From positions 1,260,001-1,292,000 of the forward strand of contig NC_010296.1 in assembly GCF_000010625.1 (NCBI RefSeq): DNA of 32,000 nt. Reading direction: 5' to 3'. Within the stretch, counting starts at the first letter, position 1; every line of letters starts with the position of its first letter. Positions 24,556-32,000 of this stretch are shown here, piece by piece. Under the pieces are notes generated by a model that saw only the letters and a program-made list of their open reading frames with translations, had not been told where the DNA came from and ran no database searches. This stretch comes from Microcystis aeruginosa NIES-843 (GTDB lineage Bacteria; Cyanobacteriota; Cyanobacteriia; Cyanobacteriales; Microcystaceae). Both the position numbers and the translations under genes were made by a program.

Positions 24556-25812
24556 ATGCCCTTCTCCTCCCCCTCCCGGACTCCCCTGAGTGATGATTTT
24601 ATTGCCCTCTGTCAGACACAGATGGAACTTTTGCGAGAGCAAATGGAAACGGACAGAAGTGCGGTTTATTTAACTGAACCTTTATCGAGTAATTTAATTC
24701 CAGTCGTTGTTTATCCGCCTTTTAATCCCCCTTCTCCCCAAAAAAAGCGGCTTTCCTTACAACCGGGGCAACCGGCGGCAGACTTGTTAACTGCGGTTAA
24801 GTTAGAAGATTTATCCCACCTCTGGGGTAATCAGGAGACCGTCAGCAGTCATCGCTTGTTTTTACCCTTAATGTATGAAGAGGGCATGATCGGATTATTG
24901 GTGACAACCAGAGAAAAACGACCTTGGCAAAGTTGGGAATTAACCCGGATGGAAAAAATCACCCAAACCCTCGCTTTGGCCTGTGTACTCGATCGCCAAT
25001 TAGGAGAAGAACGTTATTATCGACAATGGCAACGTCAGCGCCTCGATACCTTTCTCCATCAAATCCGCAATCCCCTCACCGCTTTAAAAACCTTTGGTAA
25101 ACTTCTGCTCAAAAGGCTTTTAGCCGAAGAAGGTAACGATCCCGCCATTACTGGTATTCTGAGGGAAAGCGATCGAGTTCGGGACTTAATCGCCGAATTT
25201 GAGGCACAAATTCAGCAAGAAAGCGAAAATTACCCCACCGTCGATATTCCTCTCCTGCAAGCGCAATCTTCCCCCACCGCCTTTCTCTTGCCTGCTGGCA
25301 GCGGCCAACTAGCTCCGATCGATCTCCATGATATTCTCGATCCGCTGCTCCTTTCGGCCCAGGCCGTAGCCAAAGAGAGAAATCTCAGTCTAGAAACGAT
25401 TCACGGGGAAGACATACCACTTATTTGCGCCAATATCCCCGGTTTGCGGGAAGTATTCAGCAATTTAATTGATAATGCCCTCAAATATACTCCTGCTGGC
25501 GGAAAAGTCACCGTCGAGGTGCAGAATGTTAAGAATAGTGTAGAAATTGTTTTTAAAGACACGGGTTATGGTATAGCGAGGAGCGATCAAGAAAGAATTT
25601 TTCAACGTCACTACCGGGGAGTGCAAGCAGGGGGAGATATACCCGGTACAGGATTGGGTTTAGCGATCGCTAAAGAATTAATTACCAGCATGGGGGGGAC
25701 GATTGAATTTATCAGTCCCAATCCCGAGCAAACAAGTTCCCTCTACCCCGGCACGGTTTTTCGGGTTCATATACCAGTTATAGCCGATGATAACCTCAGT
25801 ATAGAGGGATGA
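24556..25812 (+). CDS. Sensor histidine kinase, soluble, GAF-like N-terminal domain (Hik2/CSK-like architecture)
   Basis: 418 aa with no obvious TM segment. H-box FLHQIRNPLTALKTFGKLL, N-box NLIDNALKYTPAGG, G1 KDTGYGI, G2 GTGLGLAIAKE. Confidence 0.88.
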   Translation: MPFSSPSRTPLSDDFIALCQTQMELLREQMETDRSAVYLTEPLSSNLIPVVVYPPFNPPSPQKKRLSLQPGQPAADLLTAVKLEDLSHLWGNQETVSSHRLFLPLMYEEGMIGLLVTTREKRPWQSWELTRMEKITQTLALACVLDRQLGEERYYRQWQRQRLDTFLHQIRNPLTALKTFGKLLLKRLLAEEGNDPAITGILRESDRVRDLIAEFEAQIQQESENYPTVDIPLLQAQSSPTAFLLPAGSGQLAPIDLHDILDPLLLSAQAVAKERNLSLETIHGEDIPLICANIPGLREVFSNLIDNALKYTPAGGKVTVEVQNVKNSVEIVFKDTGYGIARSDQERIFQRHYRGVQAGGDIPGTGLGLAIAKELITSMGGTIEFISPNPEQTSSLYPGTVFRVHIPVIADDNLSIEG

Positions 25813-25924
25813 TCTGGTCGTCAATTCTGCCTATTTTCTCGATCGGGAGATTCCGGGGGCGATCAGTTAAAATATATCGAAAATATCAGTATTACTGGTA
25901 ACTTGGCCGTGAAGCAAAGAATTA

Positions 25925-26874
25925 TAGTCATTTCAAATAAGTGTGAGACGAGGGAAAAATAAGGTAAAATCAAGAGAAACGAGCAACCCATACAGAAAAA
26001 TGTCTTATAGCCTAGACTTGAGAAAAAAAGTAATCGATTATGTAGAGAATGGGGGAAGCATAACCAAAGCCGCCGCTCTATTTAATATAGGAAGAGCGAC
26101 GATATATAGATGGCTAGGTAGGGAAAAACTGGAAGCAACAAAGGTAAAACACCGTCAGAGAAAGCTGGACTGGAAAGCACTGTCAAAAGATGTCCAAGAA
26201 AATCCCGAGGCAAGATTAAGAGACAGAGCCGAGAAATTTGGAGTGAGACCAAGTGCCATTTGCTATGCCTTAAAAAACATGAAAGTTACCAGAAAAAAGA
26301 AGGAACTTCGTTATAGAGAAAGAAACCGAGAAGAAAGAATGAAATACTACAGAGTGCTGAGAGAATTGATTAAAATATATGGAAGTGAAAGCCTTGTATT
26401 TATTGATGAGTCAGGGTTTGAAGAATTTCAAGCCTGTTTTTATGCTTGGTCAAAAAAAGGGAAGAAAGTCTTTGGAGATAGACAAGGAAAACGAGGAAAA
26501 AGAGAGAACCTTGTCGCTGGTAGAAGAAAGGGAAAAAAAGACTTTATTGCACCGATGGTATTTACGAGAAGCCTGAATGCCGAAGGTTTTGAAGGGTGGT
26601 TATCTTTATATTTGTTGCCCTCTCTAACCATAACATCAGTATTAATTATGGATAATGCACCAATTCATCGGAAGACAGTCATTAAACAACTGGTAGAGGA
26701 AGCAGGTCATCAGGTCGTGTTTTTGCCAAAATACTCTCCTGATTTAAATGATATCGAACATGATTTTAGTGCATTAAAGAGGGCAAGAATGTATGCTCCT
26801 GTGGGGACACCCCTTGATGAAATTATTCGTACTTATTGTGTCGCCTAGTGTCTCGTTCTTATTTGAAATAACTA
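25925..26874 (+). mobile_element. IS630-family insertion sequence, apparently intact (about 950 bp)
   Basis: Terminal inverted repeats are TAGTCATTTCAAATAAG... (from 25925) and the reverse complement of ...CTTATTTGAAATAACTA (to 26874). They match at 16 of the first 17 positions and again at GAGAC further in. Flanked by TA at 25923-25924 and 26875-26876, the IS630/Tc1 target duplication. The boundary is ambiguous by 2 nt because both ends read TATA. Confidence 0.85.
26000..26848 (+). CDS. IS630-family DDE transposase
   Basis: N-terminal HTH (LDLRKKVIDYVENGGSITKAAALFNIGRATIYRW). DDE triad context is VFIDESGF, LIMDNAPIH and LPKYSPDLNDIEHDFS. A single uninterrupted frame. ATG 26000 is preferred to the track start at 25943, which lies in the terminal repeat region. 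Confidence 0.9.
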   Translation: MSYSLDLRKKVIDYVENGGSITKAAALFNIGRATIYRWLGREKLEATKVKHRQRKLDWKALSKDVQENPEARLRDRAEKFGVRPSAICYALKNMKVTRKKKELRYRERNREERMKYYRVLRELIKIYGSESLVFIDESGFEEFQACFYAWSKKGKKVFGDRQGKRGKRENLVAGRRKGKKDFIAPMVFTRSLNAEGFEGWLSLYLLPSLTITSVLIMDNAPIHRKTVIKQLVEEAGHQVVFLPKYSPDLNDIEHDFSALKRARMYAPVGTPLDEIIRTYCVA

Positions 26875-26883
26875 TAACTAATT

Positions 26884-27261
26884 ATGCCGACTATCGAACA
26901 ATTAGAACCCGCTAATAAGGCCGATGTGGTAGTATATATGCCCTACTATGCCAAGGACAAACATAGTATCCTGCCCTATGCGATCGCTTTGTATCAAGCA
27001 GGATCTTTAGAAGGTCGTCGTCCCATAGAAAACAGTCAAGGGATTCCCTTTGTAGCGTCTTGGTATGTATCAAAATTGCCCTCGGAATTGACCCGTTGTC
27101 GTTTACAATTTGAAGGACAGGCCGACCTAAGCTATGAGATGACGATTATTAACGCCGAGTTGATCGAATATCTCATCGATGCGATTAAAACCTTTAAGCA
27201 GCTAGGTTCGGCCGACTTTTCGCAGGGATTTTATCGGAAACTGCTGCGATTTGAAGAATAA
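26884..27261 (+). CDS. Hypothetical protein (125 aa)
   Basis: Clean ORF with coding-like composition, same strand and 34 nt upstream of the next gene. No motif recognised. Confidence 0.55.
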   Translation: MPTIEQLEPANKADVVVYMPYYAKDKHSILPYAIALYQAGSLEGRRPIENSQGIPFVASWYVSKLPSELTRCRLQFEGQADLSYEMTIINAELIEYLIDAIKTFKQLGSADFSQGFYRKLLRFEE

Positions 27262-27295
27262 AAGTCGGGATTTTACGGGTTAAAAGGAGCAAATC

Positions 27296-28372
27296 GTGGC
27301 GAAATCAGCCAAATCTATACTCATCTCTTCCCTGGAACCCCTCAGTGGTAAATCGGGAACTATCGTCGGTTTAGCGCATCTCTTGCGGCAAAAAGGCCTA
27401 GAGATAAGTTACGGCAAACCAGTGGGCAATTGTCCGGGCTACGTCGATGGGCAATTGGTCGATGAGGATGTAGAATTTATCCAGCAATTACTAGAATTAT
27501 CCCCCGAGCAGCTGCGTTTACCCCTGATCTATACGGATATGGATTCCGTTGCTAAACGTCTGCAAGGTGCAGATAAACAGGACTACGGCAATATTCTTGC
27601 TGGCTATCTCGATCGGGTTAACAGTGATATTGCCCTCCTCGAAGGGCCGGGGACTCTCTGGGAAGGGAGTATTTTTCAGTTATCGATGGGGGAGATGGCC
27701 AAAATTCTCCAGACTCCGATCCTATTGGTGGCCCGCTATAGTTCTCCCCTGATTGCCGATAGTCTGCTGAAAGCGCAACAGGAATTAAATAATCAGCTGC
27801 TGGGGGTAGTAATTAGTGATATCCCCGCCGATGATTGGGATGAAGTACAATCTCTCCTTAAACCCTATCTCGCTGGCCAAGGTGTGGAAGTTTTAGGACT
27901 GTTACCCGCTAGTAAACTGATGCGCAGTATTAGTGTTCGGGAAATTGTCCATCTTTTAGAGGCCAAAGTATTATGTCGGCCCGATCGTTTGGATTGGATG
28001 GTAGAAAGTTTAGCGATCGGGGCAATGAATGTCAACGCCGCTTTAGAATATTTTCGCAAGGGGGAAAATATGGCTGTGATTACGGGTGGCGATCGCACAG
28101 ACCTACAGTTAGCTGCCCTAGAAACTTCTACCACCTGTTTGATCTTAACTGGTTCCATCTCTCCAGATCCCCTGATTCTGGGCCGGGCCGAGGATTTAGA
28201 AGTACCGATTCTCTCGGTAAATTTAGATACTCTCACCACCGTGGAAATCGTCGATCGGGCCTTCGGGAAGATTCGCTTACAGGAACAGGTAAAAGTCGCT
28301 TGTATTCGAGAATTAATGGAGGAACATTTCCAGATCGATCGCCTGTTAGAAAAGTTAACAACAGGGGGGTAA
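27296..28372 (+). CDS. Phosphotransacetylase-N-terminal-like protein (BioD/CobQ-like P-loop domain plus DRTGG domain, no PTA catalytic domain)
   Basis: 358 aa. GTG start with AAGGAG at 27284-27289. N-terminal SLEPLSGKSGTIVGLAHLL. DRTGG signature AVITGGDRTDLQLAAL. The length equals only the regulatory half of long Pta enzymes. Confidence 0.78.
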   Translation: MAKSAKSILISSLEPLSGKSGTIVGLAHLLRQKGLEISYGKPVGNCPGYVDGQLVDEDVEFIQQLLELSPEQLRLPLIYTDMDSVAKRLQGADKQDYGNILAGYLDRVNSDIALLEGPGTLWEGSIFQLSMGEMAKILQTPILLVARYSSPLIADSLLKAQQELNNQLLGVVISDIPADDWDEVQSLLKPYLAGQGVEVLGLLPASKLMRSISVREIVHLLEAKVLCRPDRLDWMVESLAIGAMNVNAALEYFRKGENMAVITGGDRTDLQLAALETSTTCLILTGSISPDPLILGRAEDLEVPILSVNLDTLTTVEIVDRAFGKIRLQEQVKVACIRELMEEHFQIDRLLEKLTTGG

Positions 28373-28412
28373 TTTCTCCCTGGCTGCCGAGAATTTCACT
28401 GGAAACCCCTTC

Positions 28413-30227
28413 ATGAGTCTATCATCCTCCCCTGTGTCCCCTCCGGTCAAAGAAAATGACTGGAGCTTATTATTAACATTACTTCCCTACGCAAAAAAGC
28501 AAAAAGCCCTGCTATTTTGCTCATTAATACTTCTTTTTCCCCTATCTCTCACGGGGGCGATCCAACCCTTAATTATCGGTCAAGCGGTCTCCCTTTTGCA
28601 AAAGGAACAAACTTGGGATTTTTTGGCTCAAATGCCCTTAACAGCAGCCATTAATACCCTAATTATTATCCTGTCAGCTTCGATTATTTTACGACTGATT
28701 TTAGGGACAATGCAAGGTTATCTAGTGCAGAAAGTCGGTCAGTCAATTACTGCTAATGTCCGGGAAGATTTATTTACCCATGTCACCTCCCTTTCCTCCA
28801 GTTTTTTTGATCGCTCTCCCGTGGGACGTTTAGTCACTCGTTTAACCAGCGATGTGGAAGCATTAGGAGAAGTTTTTGCTAGTGGGGCGATCGGAGTTGT
28901 CAGTGATTTGGTCAATATTTTAGTTATTATCATCACCATGTTTACCCTGCAATGGCAATTAGCTCTATTGTTGGTGTTGATGTTATTTCCCGTCACTGCT
29001 TTAATTATCTTTTTTCAAAAACAATACCGCATCGCTAACTATCAAGTACGCGAGGAATTATCAAAACTTAATGCCCAATTACAGGAAAATATAGTCGGAG
29101 TTAATATTGTTCAATTATTTCGCCGCGAACGCTTTAATGCTGAAATGTTTCGCGCTATCAATACTCACTATCGTCAATCCCTAGATAAAACAATTTTTTA
29201 TGATTCTGCTGTCTCGGCCACTTTGGAATGGATCGGATTAATTGCCGTGGGAGGAGTATTATGGTTAGGCGGGATTTTTATTCTCCAGAAAACCATTGAT
29301 TTTGGGGTTTTATCAGCTTTTATTTTATTCTCCCAACGTCTCTTTAATCCCCTGCGTCAGTTTGCCGAAAAATTTACTATGTTTCAATCGGGTTTTACTG
29401 CTATAGAACGAATTGGTGAATTAATTAGTATTCCCATTGAAATCACCGATTCTAACAATTATAAAGAGATTTACTTCCCAGAAAAACGTCAAACTGGCGA
29501 GATTATTTTTGAAAATGTTTGGTTTGGTTATAAACCCGATGAATATATTATCAAAGGTCTCAATTTTACCATTCATCCAGGGGAAAAAGTCGCTTTAGTT
29601 GGTCCCACCGGTGCGGGAAAAAGTTCGATTATTCGTCTTCTCTGTCGTCTTTACGAACCAAGTAAGGGCAGAATTCTAGTGGATGGTATCGATATCCGTT
29701 ATCTTCCCCAAGCGGAATTAAGACGTTATATCGGTGTCATTCTCCAAGAAACTTTTCTCTTTGCCGGAGATGTTACTCGCAATATTACTTTAGGGGAAAA
29801 TTATGATTTTGAGCAAGTGAAGGCAGCAGCTAAATTAACTAATATCGATCACTTTATCGAGGAGTTACCCGATGGTTATCATACCCTTTTACGGGAACGA
29901 GGCGCAAATTTATCGGGAGGACAAAAACAATTACTCGCTTTTGCGAGAGTCGCTATTCGTAACCCCGAAATTTTAGTTTTAGATGAAGCTACCGCTAGTT
30001 TAGACGTGGGGACAGAAGTATTAATTCAAGAAGCTTTAGAACAGATTTTAGTCAATCGTACTGCTATTATTATCGCCCATCGTCTCTCCACTATTCGCGA
30101 TGTCGATCGAATTCTTGTCCTTAAACGCGGGGAATTAGTCGAATCGGGAACCCATGAAGATTTATTAACCGAAGACGGCCTCTACGCTAGTTTATATAAA
30201 CTGCAAATGTTAGGCACAGATAGTTAA
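28413..30227 (+). CDS. ABC exporter, fused permease/ATPase half-transporter (MsbA/MdlB-like)
   Basis: 604 aa. N-terminal six-helix TM domain. Walker A GPTGAGKSS, signature LSGGQKQLLAFARV, Walker B ILVLDEATASLD, H-loop IIAHRL. Confidence 0.92.
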   Translation: MSLSSSPVSPPVKENDWSLLLTLLPYAKKQKALLFCSLILLFPLSLTGAIQPLIIGQAVSLLQKEQTWDFLAQMPLTAAINTLIIILSASIILRLILGTMQGYLVQKVGQSITANVREDLFTHVTSLSSSFFDRSPVGRLVTRLTSDVEALGEVFASGAIGVVSDLVNILVIIITMFTLQWQLALLLVLMLFPVTALIIFFQKQYRIANYQVREELSKLNAQLQENIVGVNIVQLFRRERFNAEMFRAINTHYRQSLDKTIFYDSAVSATLEWIGLIAVGGVLWLGGIFILQKTIDFGVLSAFILFSQRLFNPLRQFAEKFTMFQSGFTAIERIGELISIPIEITDSNNYKEIYFPEKRQTGEIIFENVWFGYKPDEYIIKGLNFTIHPGEKVALVGPTGAGKSSIIRLLCRLYEPSKGRILVDGIDIRYLPQAELRRYIGVILQETFLFAGDVTRNITLGENYDFEQVKAAAKLTNIDHFIEELPDGYHTLLRERGANLSGGQKQLLAFARVAIRNPEILVLDEATASLDVGTEVLIQEALEQILVNRTAIIIAHRLSTIRDVDRILVLKRGELVESGTHEDLLTEDGLYASLYKLQMLGTDS

Positions 30228-30230
30228 CAG

Positions 30231-30299
30231 TTATCAGTGATCGGTTATCAGTTATCAGTTATCAGATTAAAGTGATAAGTGATAAGTTTTAAGTTTTAA
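30231..30299. repeat. Heptamer arrays: (TTATCAG)x4 plus a TGATCGG variant (30231-30265), then GTGATAA x2 and GTTTTAA x2 (30272-30299)
   Basis: Read directly, starting 4 nt after the ABC exporter stop. Contains TAAGTTTTAAGTT (30283-30295), identical to 19770-19782. Confidence 0.9.
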
Positions 30300-30330
30300 A
30301 TGATATTATTCGCCGATCAATCTTCACTAA

Positions 30331-30393
30331 TTACTGTTTACTGATTACTGTTTACTGTTTACTGTTTACTGTTTACTGTTTACTGATCACTGA
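30331..30393. repeat. Heptamer array (TTACTGT/TTACTGA)x9
   Basis: Nine units read directly. It ends 27 nt before the decarboxylase ATG. It is the right-arm counterpart of the 30231-30265 array. Confidence 0.9.
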
Positions 30394-30420
30394 CAAATCC
30401 CCCACTTCCCACTTCTCACA

Positions 30421-31860
30421 ATGCCTTCGCCAGAATCTGCTCCGCTATTATCACAACTGCAAAAAAAAGTCAATAGTTTAGATGTACCATTTTATGCACC
30501 AGGGCATAAGCAGGGGGAAGGAATCGGGGAAGATTTAAGTAATTTACTGGGAAAAAGCGTCTTTAAAGCCGATTTACCCGAATTACCCGACCTTGATAAT
30601 TTGTTTGCCCCGACGGGGGTGATTAAAGAAGCGCAAATTTTAGCAGCCGAGACATTTGGGGCAGATAAAAGCTGGTTTTTAGTCAATGGCTCCAGTTGTG
30701 GCATTATTGCGGCGATTTTAGCCACTTGCGGCGAGGGAGATAAAATTATTTTGGCGAGAAATATTCATAAATCGGCAATTTCGGGCTTAATTCTCTCTGG
30801 GGCGCAGCCTATCTTTATCAATCCCGAATATAATCCCACTATCGATCTAAATTTAAATATAACCCCCCAATCCCTCGAAAATGCCCTGAAACTTCATCCC
30901 GACGCCAAAGCGGTGATGGTAGTCTCTCCCACCTATCAAGGGGTTTGCTGTGACTTAGAAACTATCGCCCAGATTACCGATCATTATTCTATCCCGCTGC
31001 TCGTCGATGAGGCTCACGGGGCGCATTTTGCCTTTCATCCCGATTTACCTCCGGCTGCCCTGTCTCTCGGCGCTGATATGGCTATTCAGTCCACCCATAA
31101 GGTTTTAGGGGCCTTAACTCAAGCATCAATGTTACACTTAAAAAGCGATCGCATTAGTTCCGAAAAAGTCGATCGAGCCTTACAATTAGTTCAAACCACT
31201 AGCCCTAGTTATTTGCTTCTCGCTTCCCTTGATAGTGCTAGAAAGCAAATGGCGACGCAAGGACTAGATTTACTGACCAAAACCCTCGATTTAGCCGCTT
31301 CGGCCCGAAAAGAACTCGATAAAATCCCTAATATCTCTGTTTTAGACTTTCCCCATTCTATCCCGGGTTGTCACTGGTTCGATCGCACTCGTTTAACGGT
31401 AATCGTCAAAGATTTTGGCTTAACTGGTTACGAAATAGACGATATTTTGCGAGAAAAATACGCCGTCACCGCAGAATTACCGACTTTAAGCCAACTTACT
31501 TTTATTATCTCCATCGGCAATCATCGCGAACACATTAATCGCCTAATTACTGCTTTTCAATGCCTTAAATCCCCTTCCTCTACCAGTTTACCCCCCACTC
31601 CTCCCCCAGTCACGGGAAATTTGGCTATTTCTCCTAGAAAGGCTTTTTTTGCCCCTACAGAGATAGTATCCCAGAAAAATGCCCTCGATCGTCTTAGTGC
31701 TGATGTTATCTGTCCCTATCCCCCCGGTATTCCCGTTTTGATGCCGGGAGAGTTAATTTCTCAGGAAATCCTCGACTATCTGCAAACTATTTTAGACCTC
31801 GGTGGCACGATTACCGGCGGTAGTGATGATAATTTAACTACTTTCAGGGTTTTAAAATAA
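30421..31860 (+). CDS. PLP-dependent Orn/Lys/Arg decarboxylase family protein (fold type I)
   Basis: 479 aa. N-terminal PFYAPGHKQG block. LVNGSSCGIIAAILA. PLP-lysine context AIQSTHKVLGALTQASMLH. C-terminal PYPPGIPVLMPGE. Confidence 0.88.
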   Translation: MPSPESAPLLSQLQKKVNSLDVPFYAPGHKQGEGIGEDLSNLLGKSVFKADLPELPDLDNLFAPTGVIKEAQILAAETFGADKSWFLVNGSSCGIIAAILATCGEGDKIILARNIHKSAISGLILSGAQPIFINPEYNPTIDLNLNITPQSLENALKLHPDAKAVMVVSPTYQGVCCDLETIAQITDHYSIPLLVDEAHGAHFAFHPDLPPAALSLGADMAIQSTHKVLGALTQASMLHLKSDRISSEKVDRALQLVQTTSPSYLLLASLDSARKQMATQGLDLLTKTLDLAASARKELDKIPNISVLDFPHSIPGCHWFDRTRLTVIVKDFGLTGYEIDDILREKYAVTAELPTLSQLTFIISIGNHREHINRLITAFQCLKSPSSTSLPPTPPPVTGNLAISPRKAFFAPTEIVSQKNALDRLSADVICPYPPGIPVLMPGELISQEILDYLQTILDLGGTITGGSDDNLTTFRVLK

Positions 31861-32000
31861 TCGCAAAATTATCTGATATATTAACCGGAAAAAGGCGGTA
31901 ATAGCAATTGCTCCGATGGCTGCCATCACGGCAATGATAGCAATTTCAGGAAAATTTAGGCTTCCTTGCAGTTGCGAAAGAAAGAAGATGAGGGTGAGGG
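31852..32000 (-). CDS. C-terminal 49 codons of a membrane protein (gene starts beyond the right edge)
   Basis: Edge-truncated, so not in the ORF track. My reverse-strand translation LTLIFFLSQLQGSLNFPEIAIIAVMAAIGAIAITAFFRLIYQIILRLF* is open from position 32000 to a TAA at 31852-31854. It would overlap the decarboxylase 3' end by 9 nt. Hydrophobic helix. Support is only an open frame plus composition. Confidence 0.3.
   Translation of the reverse strand, partial: LTLIFFLSQLQGSLNFPEIAIIAVMAAIGAIAITAFFRLIYQIILRLF

Noticed and set aside
27973-28416. 147-aa plus-strand ORF in an alternative frame of the DRTGG-domain gene (also the 27865-28239 minus ORF)
   Set aside because: It is completely overlapped by a motif-bearing gene. 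The Arg/Ser/Gly-rich translation is typical of an off-frame reading.
19725-30393. Possibility that the tandem arrays are CRISPR arrays
   Set aside because: Units are 7-14 nt and directly abutting, with no unique spacers. There are no cas genes in the window.
1-32000. tRNA, rRNA, tmRNA or RNase P genes in the larger spacers (5105-5806, 6794-7286, 13089-13600, 24168-24555)
   Set aside because: I saw no cloverleaf-compatible arms with a GTTCRANNC T-loop context and no rRNA-like conserved blocks. I cannot exclude small regulatory RNAs without expression data or covariance models.

Overview
This is a 32-kb chromosomal window from a unicellular cyanobacterium. The HIP1 octamer GCGATCGC occurs at least 15 times. 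Heptamer tandem arrays fill many spacers, and the gene set includes hoxH, a group-2 sigma factor, ecaA, a PEP-CTERM protein, Uma2 and DUF29. By eye it looks most like Microcystis, but I cannot verify that without a database search.

The backbone is housekeeping:
- the rimP-nusA-ylxR-infB operon on the minus strand
- ftsH
- a group-2 sigma-70
- a two-component pair
- two ABC components
- an alpha-carbonic anhydrase
- a PLP-dependent decarboxylase
- TPR and HEAT repeat proteins

Accessory or mobile material is interleaved with this backbone:
- two DNA methyltransferases, one abutted to a Uma2 (DUF820) nuclease-fold gene
- a hoxH gene with no adjacent hoxY
- a PEP-CTERM secreted protein
- a DUF29 gene
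- an intact IS630-family element with TA duplication
- relics of an IS1-type transposase and a Uma2 gene upstream of ecaA

No rRNA, tRNA or CRISPR array was recognised. I found no clearly novel multi-gene system. The best leads are:
1. The methyltransferase-Uma2 pair as a possible unconventional R-M module.
2. A family of spacer elements bounded by inverted heptamer arrays. One copy splits rimP from nusA and supplies the rimP stop codon.
3. The isolated hoxH.
4. A weak terminator-like hairpin in the rimP leader.

All functional names come from motif recognition by eye. None has been checked by alignment.
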